A DNA stretch of 64,000 nucleotides from Klebsormidium nitens (lineage: Eukaryota; Plantae; Klebsormidiophyceae). The position numbers and the translations under genes were made by a program. Position 1 is the stretch's first letter. Each line of letters starts with the position of its first letter. The stretch spans positions 1 to 64,000 of the forward strand of contig DF237158.1 of the NCBI GenBank assembly GCA_000708835.1, written 5' to 3'. The notes beneath the pieces are model-generated. The model was not told the origin of the DNA. It made no database searches and saw nothing but the letters and a program-made list of their open reading frames with translations. Below are positions 12,453 to 24,000 of this stretch, piece after piece.

Positions 12453-13113
12453 TGGTCCTTCGCCTTGCTCCCTGCTCGTCGACTCTCAGGCTGGAATCAC
12501 TACCTGCTGCAACCGCCTAGAACCGCGACGTCCAGCCACTCTCTGCAAGCTTAGGCTTCAATTTCTAGCTGCGCGGTTGTTGCTACATCCTTCTACTCAG
12601 TGAGTTAGATGTAGTAGCTGCCCGATTGGTGATAGTGCCTTGTGCCAGTTCTTGCGCCCCCATGGCCACGAGGGCCGTGATCCATTGCACATGAGGACTC
12701 ATCAGAGCTCTGCTGCAGCATTTCAGTCTACCCACTCACTTCTAGTTGCTAAGCACCACGTGCTCAGGTTTTTTTGTCACTGTTATCCACGTGTCATTCA
12801 CGTGCGCATTCCTGGACGAATAGAATTTGTTACCAGCTCTTCGCTGACCATTATCATGGAGACTCGCCGAGCCCTGTCCTCCTGCACTTCGCGGGCTAAG
12901 GTTTTTATGCCACCCCCATACATTGATACAATCCAGAGGGCCATTTGAAATTGGCATTGGCATTGGCAATTGCCTCATCGCGGCACCTGCAGGCTGCATG
13001 TGCTGGGCGCTCCTCCTCCTCGGAAGCTGTTTCGGGTCTTGACTCAGGTGCTCAAGCGATGAGCTGATATGCGCTTGCATGTGAGCTGCGCATTCTTGGC
13101 CTCATGTCAGAAG
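12453..13113. promoter_or_regulatory. Probable shared divergent promoter region (DUO3-like / exonuclease)
   Basis: Head-to-head predicted start codons about 660 bp apart. No specific cis element identified. Confidence 0.4.
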
Positions 13114-15806
13114 ATGAGTGCCAGCTCTCGGGCCTTCTTCTCCCCCCAGCAATGCAGCATTCACCTGCCTCCTCCTCTCCGAACCATCCGCGGCACGTCC
13201 TACATCCTGGAGAGTACCTCCATCAAGGCGCACACCGCCTCTAACAGGCACCATCGTGAACTATTAATCCCTCTAATTCATGCTCTTATGCCTTCCTCAC
13301 ATCTTCCTGCGATATCCAATGCTCTGAGAGTTGGCTTTCCAGTGGACATAAGTCCTGCAAGGAACGTGCAACAAGGTCCGCTGGCGCCCTCTGCTGTCAA
13401 GCAGACTGTTTCTCCTTGGGCTGCCCATCCCGGCGGTCCGTGTCGGAAGGTGACCCCTCCTCCGCACCTGCTTACTGGGTTAGCGGCTTTGTCTGTTGCG
13501 GTAAGGAAGAGGGGTTTGCGCACCAGGGCAGCCAAGGGTCCGTCTCCTGTAAAGCTGGACAATGCGGACCAGCCCAAGAGTCAGCCCTGGGTTGCGGATC
13601 TTCCCGGCTGGTTGGAGGGCATCCGAGCGCTACCGTTGGAAGAGCGGCCCTGCCCCATGGTTGTGGTGTTTGACATTGAGACGACGAGTCTGAGCCGGAG
13701 AATATCAAGGATTATCGAGTTTGCGGCTCGGGATGCAGAGGGTGAGTCGCACAACGTCAAACGTGCTCCGGCAAGTGGGCAGTGGGTTCTGCGCTTGTGT
13801 TGACAAGTGCTTTCTGTTCTTAAGTAAGCCACGGGCGTGTCATTGGTGTGTGCGCTGTGATTGTAGGAACCAGGTTCACATAGGCAAGTCCTGACCAATG
13901 GTGGTCAACGAATGTCACACATACTGTTGTGTCTGATCTTCCACCTCAATTTGTGCATTCGGTCCAAGCTGCGATGTGCTCTGCCTTGTCTGACCCCGGC
14001 CCTTTGCTTGCAGGCGGTGAAGGTGCCGCCATCCACTCCCTCATCTTCCCTGGGCCCCACCAGTCCGTGGGCGGCTCCATTCACTCGCACCACATCAGCG
14101 ATGCCATGCTCACGCCGGCGCTGCCCACCTGGGGGCAGTTCTTCCCCAAGCTGCGCTTCTGGGTGGAGAGCCGGAACCCAGACGCACGACCTGTGCTGTT
14201 TGTTGCCCACAATGGAAACAGCTTTGACGTTCCTATTGTGGCCTGGGAAAGTGCACGCGAGGGCTTGGCGATGCCCCAGGACTGGCTATATGTGGACACC
14301 TTGAGGCTTGCTCAAAAGCATCTCAACGCCAAACAGGTGGACCCCGAAAAGGGCAGCTTGAGACTGGAGCACCTGAAGAGGTACTTCCAGGTGCCGTCAG
14401 ACAAGGCCGCACACCGCGCGCCTGCCGACGTGGACGTGACCCTCCATGTCCTCAGCCGCATCCTGCAGTATCGCTGCCTCCCCGTGGGCATTTTGTACGA
14501 CTTCGTCATGGCATTTGGCATAGCGGACAGGGAGTTCCGTTTTGGATTGAAGAAGGACGAGTTTGCAGCACTCCAGGATCTGGTGGCCGCAGGCGAGCAG
14601 CAAAAGCGCGAGCAGGACGAAAAGGCTCTGGCATGGCCGGGGGTGTTTGTAACTAACGCGCATAGGAGAAACGATTCGCAGGGCAAAGGAGATCGGAATT
14701 CGGTGACCAGGGATGGGCCTGAGAAGGAAGAAGTTGTGAGGGAGGGACGGTCATCCGGCGAAAGCCTTCTGGTCTCAGCGCTGGCGCATGTGGGTGAGGA
14801 AGAGGTGGCTGTCGGGAAGCGTCCAGCAGACCCGAGCAACGCAGTGGCAGGGCCCCAGATGGCAGGCGACGCGGAGCTGCCGAAGCCGCTGCCAAATGTT
14901 GGGAAGGCCCCCGTGATCGCATCTGTTGAAGTTCGGAGGCTGCGCTCGAAAATTAAGGGCAGTCTCAAAGAGCGGGCGAGCAGCGAGGGCCAGGCCGATG
15001 TGGGCGGAGGCGGAGGGGATCAGGGGCGAGCAGCTGTGGATGGAGAGGGGCAGGGGGGGGGCGTAAGCGGTGATTCGAAGCATCTGCCGGGTGAAGCAAG
15101 GGAGGGCCCTCTCGCACCAGCAGGAGTAGAGAGGACGCTGCCCCTCCTCGCCAACCGCCAGGGGCGTGTCTGGCCCCGGCTGCCGCTCAGAAGAGTCGAC
15201 GTAACAAATGGGGCAGCAGCGGCGGTTCCAGTTGCAGCTGCTGAGGGGATTACCAAAGGGCGCCTACCTGCAAGCGCAGTGGTGCAGGAACGAGACTCGG
15301 GGGGCTCGCGGGCCCGTCCTCCCTTTGGAAAGGCGGGGGAGCTGATGGCGCATCTGGACGACTTGCGCGAAAGAGTGGCCAAGAGAACCTCCGACGAGCC
15401 GAGCGCAGCCCTCCAGGGAGAGGACACCCAGCTGACCAGCGCGGGAGGGACGAACGTGCTGGTGCGAGGGCCCGTGGTCGTAACCACCGGGGGCGACGGG
15501 GGCAACGAGGCTGACCGCGGCGATACCGGGTCGGGTGACCTTCCCAGCGCAGGAGATGCCCTGAGGGGCCAGCTTCAAGCCTCTGCAAGGAGGTTAAAAC
15601 GGCAGGGGCAGCAGAACGAGGCGGGGGAGGGGCTAGAGCGTAGTAGAAAAGGATCGATGGATGGGGCCCCTGACATGAGCGGGATTCATGCCGGGATGTC
15701 CACCTCTCAAGGGGAAAGGTCGGAAAGTGCAGCGTTCACACAGGAGCCCCCCTCAGTGATGGAGCGGTACCGGCTGCTGATGGCGCAAAGCAGGAGGCAA
15801 CTGTGA
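13114..15806 (+). CDS. DEDDh 3'-5' exonuclease (DPD1 / Pol III epsilon-like), possible organellar transit peptide, long disordered C-terminal tail
   Basis: ExoI VVFDIETTSL, ExoII FVAHNGNSFDVP, YVDTL, ExoIII AHRAPADV. One intron at about 13742-14014 (GT...ttgcag). The Ser/Arg-rich N-terminus starts at ATG 13114; ATG 13288 is an alternative start. Confidence 0.85.
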
Positions 15807-16884
15807 CAAGGGCACCGCATAGCCTTGCGCTGAGACACCAAGTTTGAACGGAAGTGCCCCCGTGAAGGTAAGTGTCATGATGCGGATCTGCCGACGGTTG
15901 TGTGAACATTTCTTGGGTGATGCTCTTTTGAAGAATTTGTATTGGCTTTGGCAGATCCTTACTTGAGAGTTGACATCGATCGAGCAACGCAGACGAAGTT
16001 GCCAATGCAAGCGTATGCGTTGCGGGTACCCTGAAGGCTCGGTCAATAATGATCAGTCTTTCTGGCTTGTTGAGAATCGATCTGCTTGGAAGATCCCGCA
16101 CTCTGCTCTCGGTTAATTGACTTTCATGTTGTGCAGAGCCGACCTCAACCGAGAGACTTCACAAACTACAATGCACCGGCACTCGCACTCCTAAAACGGC
16201 CCTAAGAACTGTCACAGACATTGCCGAAAGCATCATTCCACTGCGGTGTTTAACAAAATTTCGAAGCGCTGTACACGGGTCTGTAACTCATGATAGACCC
16301 GTGTGCGTGCCACTCGGTCTTAAACGCAGCAGAGCTGCCGTCATGCCTTAGCTTAGGTTGCATATCATGAAGACTGCACATTACTGTTTATTGCACCCTG
16401 TAACGGCAGCCCACGCCATTGGAGTTTTGATGCAGACACGGGCCGGTGGGCCATAGCCGAACATAAATCATGAATTCACATTTTCATGGCGCAGCTATAC
16501 ATGTATTGATAGTTTAACGTACCAGCCAGCTTCAAAGTGGGGCATATATAGGGCGCATTGACCGCCGTTGATTGTAAAGATAGAGACTGCATCCTTGAAG
16601 TGAGGCCTAACATGTGTGCAATCCCGTGTTCATTTGACCTGCAGTCACGCGCGTGCGTTGATGTATATATGCACCGAATGATCAAGAGCCGAATGTACCA
16701 TTCTCCTTTTGGCTCAAATCACCTTACAGTGGCAATCAATGTTGTAGACTTGAATTTGCCCAAGGAAGATCTGATATTGCAAACTTGATTGCTGGCTACT
16801 ACACGTGCAGATATGGACAACAACGATATGCAACCTTTATTACTGATAGGAGATGAATGCATGATCCCGACGCAGCTTGTAGAT

Positions 16885-17634
16885 TCACATATCCTTTTGT
16901 AGCTTGGTCGCTCTGTGACGGTCCTGCCTGCACTCTCTACATACGACACCAAGTCCGTCCGCAGTCTTCCCACTAGCTACAAAGGAAGCTGCAGACTGCA
17001 CCGTTTTGCAAACAAAGCACATTTTGCTCTTCTTTGCAGTCATCTTGGCTAACTCGATCTGACGCGTTGTTAGTTCAAAGCATGAGGTGCAAACAAGGAG
17101 TGCTGACTTTTCATCAGATCGGGGCTTAAATTCTCCAGCACCTTTTCGAATCTTGCATAGATTGCATAGAAGCTTATGCCCCTCATAGCATGACTTACTC
17201 TTTGCAAGGCCAACTGAAGCCTCTGAATGCTTTTTGAAGAGAGACTCAGCATTAAGCTTTTTTAAATCACTTTGACTTTCATTGGACTTCTTCTTCGCTT
17301 TTCTAGCACGAAGTGCTGCACCCTCACATTCTTTGCAATCAGACCTAAGGCCTGATGCGCGGCCCCGGCTTTTGAAGTATGCACTTGCAGGTTTCATCTG
17401 GTTGCACCTGCTGCAGCGCTTCTCCTGAACATCGGGGGCCAGTACTGGCAGGGCTTGCTTCCGCAGCCGATTGTTCTTTGCCTTGGTGCACTCCTTGCAG
17501 GTGCTCATCAGGTTGAACCTGCACTGGCCGGGGTAGAAACCATCCCGCCCTTTCAATATGCCACACTTAGTGCACGTCTTGGCGATAGAGCTGGCGTCCA
17601 GAACGGGTATCTGCTGCAGGGCCCCTTCCTCCAT
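16885..17634 (-). CDS. Intronless 249-aa protein with four tandem CxxC-x21/22-CxxC zinc-ribbon repeats (Stc1-like / endonuclease-associated type)
   Basis: KTCTKCGILK..F..CKEC; KRCSRCNQMK..YF..SGLRSDCKEC; LCNLCKIRK..EF..VCTSC; KMCFVCK..SF..DGLGVVCREC. Single ORF from ATG to stop, basic composition. Confidence 0.75.
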   Translation of the reverse strand: MEEGALQQIPVLDASSIAKTCTKCGILKGRDGFYPGQCRFNLMSTCKECTKAKNNRLRKQALPVLAPDVQEKRCSRCNQMKPASAYFKSRGRASGLRSDCKECEGAALRARKAKKKSNESQSDLKKLNAESLFKKHSEASVGLAKSKSCYEGHKLLCNLCKIRKGAGEFKPRSDEKSALLVCTSCFELTTRQIELAKMTAKKSKMCFVCKTVQSAASFVASGKTADGLGVVCRECRQDRHRATKLQKDM

Positions 17635-18090
17635 TCTTCTGCGCCTTTGGCAAAACCTTTGAACAGAGCTCTGCTATCCTGAACAGCGATCTCGAGCAAA
17701 GAACGATGTGAGCTCGCAGTCGGCACGCATGACATTGACCACCACGGCCTGCAAATTGCAATGCAAAATTGCCTGACAGAATCTGGCCGGGACAGTCGTA
17801 CCGGCTGCTTGGGCAGCTTCAAACCCCTCTGGTTGTGGCACCGGTTACGCAACCCGATTCTATGTCAATGCGCTGCGCAGCTTTCGTACCTACACTGACA
17901 GGCTACAACTTTCATTGTCAAGGTCCATGTTTGATCAGGCGGAGGGGACATTCCAGTCATGGTACGTGTAACGTGGGCATTGGGCAATTGCGCTGACGAG
18001 GGAGCTCAAATTGCGCAATTTGACGTCTTCTCTCTCCGATTCTCTTTTTCAAACACCAGTTGTCTTTAAGGTGGAAGCATTTTGTTCCCC
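17635..18090. promoter_or_regulatory. Probable compact bidirectional promoter (zinc-ribbon gene / UBC gene)
   Basis: Divergent ATGs only about 456 bp apart. Confidence 0.45.
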
Positions 18091-21000
18091 ATGGCCTCCG
18101 TTGAGACCGCTGCAAATGAGGCAGAAATGCCCCCTGCAATTGCAACGGGCCAAGGCATGGGGTCCCCTCAAGGTGCTCCAGTATCTGCCACCTCTGATGA
18201 TCCTGGCCCACTCCCCACGTGGACATGTCTCTTTTGCACTTGGCAGAACGCTGATGTGCCCACCATCAATGTGTGTGACGCCTGCGAGAAACCCCGCAAT
18301 GCTAGCCCCAAAGTGGAGGAGAATGCTGCAGTGGAGGCTACTGGAGGTGTTGGGATGGAGCAAAAGGCCACCCCCTGGGCCTGTGCAGAGTGCACTTTCT
18401 GGAATGAGCCAGGCGCAGAGGCGTGTGCAATGTGCCAAGTAGTCCCAGGCTTTGCTAATGTCAGCGCTCCTGGTGGTGCTCAGGGACCCCCCAACGATGC
18501 ACATGGTGGCGCTCCCGTGAACAAACCCCTGAGCTGTGAAGCTTGTACAGCCAGCACACCGTGCCAGAATTGTCTGACTCAGCTGAACGCTAGCCTGGGG
18601 GGCCAAGAGGCCAGCGCTGAGCAGGGGGTGGGCCAGCAGGGGCAAGCAGCGGCAGGGGGTGACAATGTGGAAGAAGTGCACGCCCAACATACCGCAGGAG
18701 AGGAGGGGCAGCCACCACAAAGTGCCGAGCAGGGGACAGACAAGCCAGCGCAGAAGGCCCCCGGTAAGTGCTCGCCAGAAGTCTGAATTTCTCAAATGGT
18801 ACTGTTTGCTAGTGGTGGCTAGTGAAACCAGGATTTCCACAAGTTCAAATGTATTTGTAGTGACCGTGTTGCTGGGTGCCTGCAGAGCCTGTGATATGGA
18901 GCTGCCAGGTGTGTACGTTTGAGAACCAGGAGCCAGACGTTCGCTGCCAGGTGTGCACAAGCTCAAAGCCCCCACAGGGGGAGAACCCAGAACAGGTACG
19001 CACAAAGACTGTGACAGCCCGTACAGGCTCAGGGATCCCCAGGGGGAGTGACTCCTAAAGCGTATGAGATGTGTGGTGGAAATCTCCTGGCTGTGTTGTT
19101 TGTTCAAATGACGAGTCTTCTCTTGAACAAAGGCTCTGGGGTTTCTCTCAGTCCCCTTTTCACCATGGGTCTTCAATTGACGGGTGCAGACAAGTGGTTG
19201 GCATCCCTTGTCTGTGCAGGTGGCTGGTGCCAGCCAGAACATGTGCACCTTGTGCGGCCTGATCAAGCCGTTTGGCCAGCCATGGAAGGGCGGCCTCTGC
19301 TCTCAGTGTCGGCCCATTGTGGAAGAGGACCTACCAATGGACGTTGAAGGTATGAAATCTCTGGCGACTGTCTACAGGACTGCGCGGTGGACAGGACGGT
19401 ATTAAGCATGTTGAACCTTGGGTGACAGGATCTGAATGCCTCCCTCTCCTATGAGATCAAAAAGTCATAACTTGTGTCAACATCGTGGAAGTTAAAGTCT
19501 AGACAGTCTAGACAGCCTTTGCAATGGACCAAGATGAAGTCAGTCTTTAACACCAGACAGAAAATTATGCGACTGTACAAATCTTTCGTTGTCATCCTCC
19601 TTACTATGAGATTACAAATCCGCCTCGCCTGCGTTTTGTTCAGTGTTGGTACACTAGACAGCCACAAATACTTCGATCAAGGACCTGAGCCCGTTCATTC
19701 AATCATTTTCCAGCCCTCCCTGAGACTGAAGTGGGCCAGTCTCGGTCTGCTCCCCCGCCTGGTCCGTGCGGCGTGTGCCACAAGGTGGTCCCAGGCGTGC
19801 TCCTGCAGACGGTGGATGGGTGCGGTCACTGCGCGTGCTGCGCGTGCCTGGCCTCCCTCACCCTCACCAGGATGGACGTGGCCCCCCCGGCTTTAGCTGC
19901 AGCCCACAGCGACATCCTGGCACTTCTCCACTGCTGGGAAGCAGGGTGGGTCTGGCCAACGAGCCTGGCAAGGGCCCCTTCGCAGGGAGCACTTTAGATA
20001 CATGTCTTCTCTTGTGCTTCCTTGTGTCGCTCTACTTCAATCTGAAATTTTGCATCCCAGGCGCCAACAGATTTGCTCTTGCAAATCTGGAAGATGAGCA
20101 GTCGACTCCATCCCCGGCAGAACAACTGTTTCGAGGACCTTTTTCAGTGTCATATCCGTCCTCCTGTGCTGGTACAGTTGTCCCCGCCTCCTCAGCAGCG
20201 GCAGCCTGTCCTGCTCCCTGCCCCTCCCCAACTTCCTGGCCCTCTCGCACTGGCTGGTCACGGCCATCAGCAGCGTCTACCCGCAGCCGACTGCCGTCAC
20301 TAGTTCCAGCCCCGATAGGGCCACGAGCCAGGCTGGGGTGCAGGAGGCGCCCCCGGCAGGCCCCACGCCAGAATTCACCTGCGGGGCACAAGGCTGCCCC
20401 TCCCAGGGAGTTCCCCAGGCCTTTGTTTCAACTGGGGAGGGTGAGCTTCCAGTCTCTCATTGAATTTCGGCAACTGTAGGCCCCGCCCATCGGTACAATG
20501 CGTGTATACAAGAAGTTCGCTGAGCTCGAAAGCACCGAAAGAGTGTGACAAACATTCTGCCGTCAACGAGTCTTTCTGTTCTTCGATTAGAGCAAGCCGC
20601 TCTGGAAACCCAACCACCAGAGCAGCTAAACGAGCTTGCTTAGCTGGACAGTAGTTTTGACATAACCCAGGAGTGCCCCGGTTCAAAAGTAGTGCGCAAC
20701 CAGTACCTTTCGACTGGCCCCTACCTGATACGCTTTCATGCAGACCCTCTTCTTGCTGAATCAAGCTCCCGTGTGTTTCCCAACACCTCTTTTGTTTCAT
20801 GTCGTGTGCAGGTGATCCGTCCCACGTGTGGGCGGTATGTGCGGCGTGCCCCCACATGACGTGCCTGGCGTGTGGCGCGGCGGTGGGTGTCTCCCTGGAC
20901 GCTGAGTACCGCGACCACCGCTTCAGCTGCCCCCTGGCGCAGACGTGGGACGTGTTCCGCGCGCTGCTCGCGTTCGAGGAGGCCTTCCGGACCAACGAGG

Positions 21001-24000
21001 CCGTCGGGAAGGCCAGCGCAGACGACGCAGAGGGCCGCTCGCACAAGAAGCAGAAGACGGAGGCAGCAGGGAGCGGCAAGAGGAGGATTGTGTGGGCCAA
21101 GGGCACAGGTCAGCGCGCCTGACCCGAACGTGTGCGGATCACGGCCTTGCAGAGCGCGTTCGAAGCTCTTGTGGGGAGCTGAAGCTGACTCTGTGAGGGT
21201 TCGGCTTTCTTTGGGCAGGCTTAGGCTCTTAGGTTGGATCCCCGACGTCGATCTTTGGGATGCGTGAGGTTAGGAGCACCGTGTCCGACTGACGCCCCTT
21301 CGTATGTAGCCCAGTCTTGGTTGCGAGATCTGTACGGCTTTGATTGAAAGCAGATACTTCATGCTTACGTCGAGCACGTTCTCGGGTTGTGCCAATCTCC
21401 TTGGCTCCGTGCTGACAAGTCAGAGCTGCAGAGCGGACCTCAGGCGCCTGAGAGGACCTTTGCCGACCTATACCACTCTGAGCGTTGGTCTGCCTTTAGC
21501 TTCTACTGGAGACAAGGGTGACAGTCCGGTACATTCGTGTGCAGGCTTTGGCGGCGGTGGTCGCGACGAGTACGAGGAGGACGCGTACGACGACGAGGAC
21601 GAGGACGAGGAGGACGAGGACGACAACGAGGAGCCTTTTGAGGAAGACGACGTCGACGAGGGGGAGCAGGCTCTGGCGGGACTTGGCGAGGGGTCGGGCG
21701 ACGAGCCCGACGATGAAGACGATGACGACGACATGGATGACGTGGGCGAGGAGGAAGAGGCAGCGCTGCTGCAGGCGCTGCTGGCATCGCAGGCGGAGGC
21801 GGGGGCCGCCACACAAGGAGGCGAGCAGGAGCAAGCGGAGGGCGCAGCCACCGGCCCAGTCTCGGGTGGGGGCACAGACGCACCCAAGGAGAGCCCAATG
21901 GGAGAGGCGGCCCAGGGCACGCACCACTCTGGCGCCACCGGCAATGACGGAGAACAACATGGGCAGCTGCTGTCCGCATCGGCAGGAGGGCAAGCAGCGG
22001 ACTTGCTGGCGGGGATGTCGCCCGTCACGCCCTCTGTCGGGGAAGCTCCCGTGAAAGCAGCCTCTCCACCGTGGGCAGCCGCCGGCAGTCCACCGGAAGC
22101 CACGGCCTTCCCTGGCAACATGCTCGAGACGAGCCCTGCCGCTGAAATGCCTGCATCCAACGCTGAAGCTGCTCCAGAGGCGGCCACGGGGGGGACAGCG
22201 CATACAGCAGCGACCGGAAGTTCCGCGGGTCCTGTCGCTCCCCAGCTGCCGACTGGATTCCACCTCGACCTAGCAACGATCCCCGGTGCAGTGCCAGGCC
22301 CTCTCGGCGGTGTCCCCGACGCTGCTCCCGCCCTGGCTGCTGCCGGCATGTCCCCGCTTGCGGGCATGGTTCCCCCTGCGGGCTTGTTCGGCCTGCCTTC
22401 CGGCGTGGCGGGGGTCGGGCCGTCCTCGGACAAGCGCAAGGAGCGCAAGGATAAGGAGGAGGCGCGAGAGGAAAAGCTGCGCGAGCGCGAGAGGCAGGCC
22501 GACATCCGACTGGCGCTGGCGGCAGAAGCCCTCACGGAAACACTGTCAGGTGCGGGAGGGCATTTGCGCAAAGGCGGGATGTGGTGGCTGATGGTCAACT
22601 TCGTTTGCTTGGATAGTTCTCTTCCCTCTTGCATCACTTTCCCGTTTAGAAGTGTCCCCTCCTATTCGCAGAAATTGCACACAAAGTATCTTCGTTCCGT
22701 CTCGTGAAGCTGGGGAACGAGACCGTACGGTTTGTGCCGACGTAGATTATCTCTTTCCGGTAAAGATTACCAGTTTGTCGGGTCTGTACTGGTCGCCCGA
22801 CACTAAGCCTCCTCCGCTCGTACAGGCGACGACTTTGCGCCTGTGCCCAACGCTGCGACAGCGGCCCTGGTGCGGCGCAGCTGGGCTTGCCGCATATTGG
22901 CGGCGGTGCTGGCGCGGTGCAGCCTGCTGGACGTGGGCCACTGCCGCGAGCGCGAGCAGCTGTACCTGCACCTGCTGCACCTCGTGCGTGCGCTGGGCCG
23001 CCACTCCGACCTGCTGCCCGCGCTGCTCGCCGACAAGGACGACGATGACGACGGGCCGCACGCCAAGCACGCCGGCCCCGACCCGCGAGGCGCGGAGCGC
23101 AAGCGGAGCAAGGGCCTGCTCGGCATCGTGCTCACCACCATCAGCTGCGCGCTGGCAAAGCGGCGGAGGCAGGACGGGCCATCACAGGATATGGAGGAAA
23201 CTGCTCGCAAGCAGCCGGAAGGGGGAGGGGTGTCGTCCGTGATGGACGGGCTGGCTGCAGCGGAGGTGGTGGCAGAGCGGGGCATCCGGCCCGACCCGGC
23301 GCTGAAGCCGGAGCGCATCGTTCTGGAGGGCGGGCGGTCGGTGCTGGCGGCGCTGGCGGACCTGAACCGGCAGGCGCGCATTGTACAGCAGGGGCTGAAG
23401 CACGGCATGGCGGAGGGCGAGAACGAGGGCGACTTCGGGGTGGCCATGGTCGGGCTGGTCCTCGAGGTGAGCGACTGCTACGAGCAGGCCAGCCGCCGCG
23501 CCGCACTCTGGGACAGCGAGCGCAGGCAGGCCGGCGAGGAGCGGGACGCGCTGGCCGCGCTCGAGCAGAGCGCCCGGGAAGCGGAGGAGCGCGCAGTTGC
23601 AAACGAGAGCGAAAACGGGCGGCATGGCGGGGAGGCCGCGAACAGCGAGGATGGAGCTGAAACCGAAATGTCAGAGGAGCTCGTTGCCAAAGAAGATGCG
23701 CCGGAAGTGGAGGTCGAGGATGCGCCCGCTGCGCAGACTGGTGATCAGGAGATGGCGGAAGCCGAGCGGGCGGTAGGAGGCTCGGGAGAGGCCGCCGGGG
23801 CGATATCCAAGTTGGGGTTAGAATCGTCGGGTGCGGACCAAGCCCGCGGGAAAACCCCGCTCAAGGAGCGGGTGATGAAGGGGCTCAAGGGGATGCTGAT
23901 CAGCAAGAAGAACCACGGCAAGCAGAAGGAGCAGGTCGCAGAGGCCACTCCGAACGGGGAAGCGAAGCGGGAGGAGGAGGAGCTGCCGAAGACTGCGGAC

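Noticed and set aside
21468-22637. 389-aa minus-strand ORF antisense to the UBC gene
   Set aside because: Poly-Ser mirror of the Asp/Glu tract; a shadow ORF.
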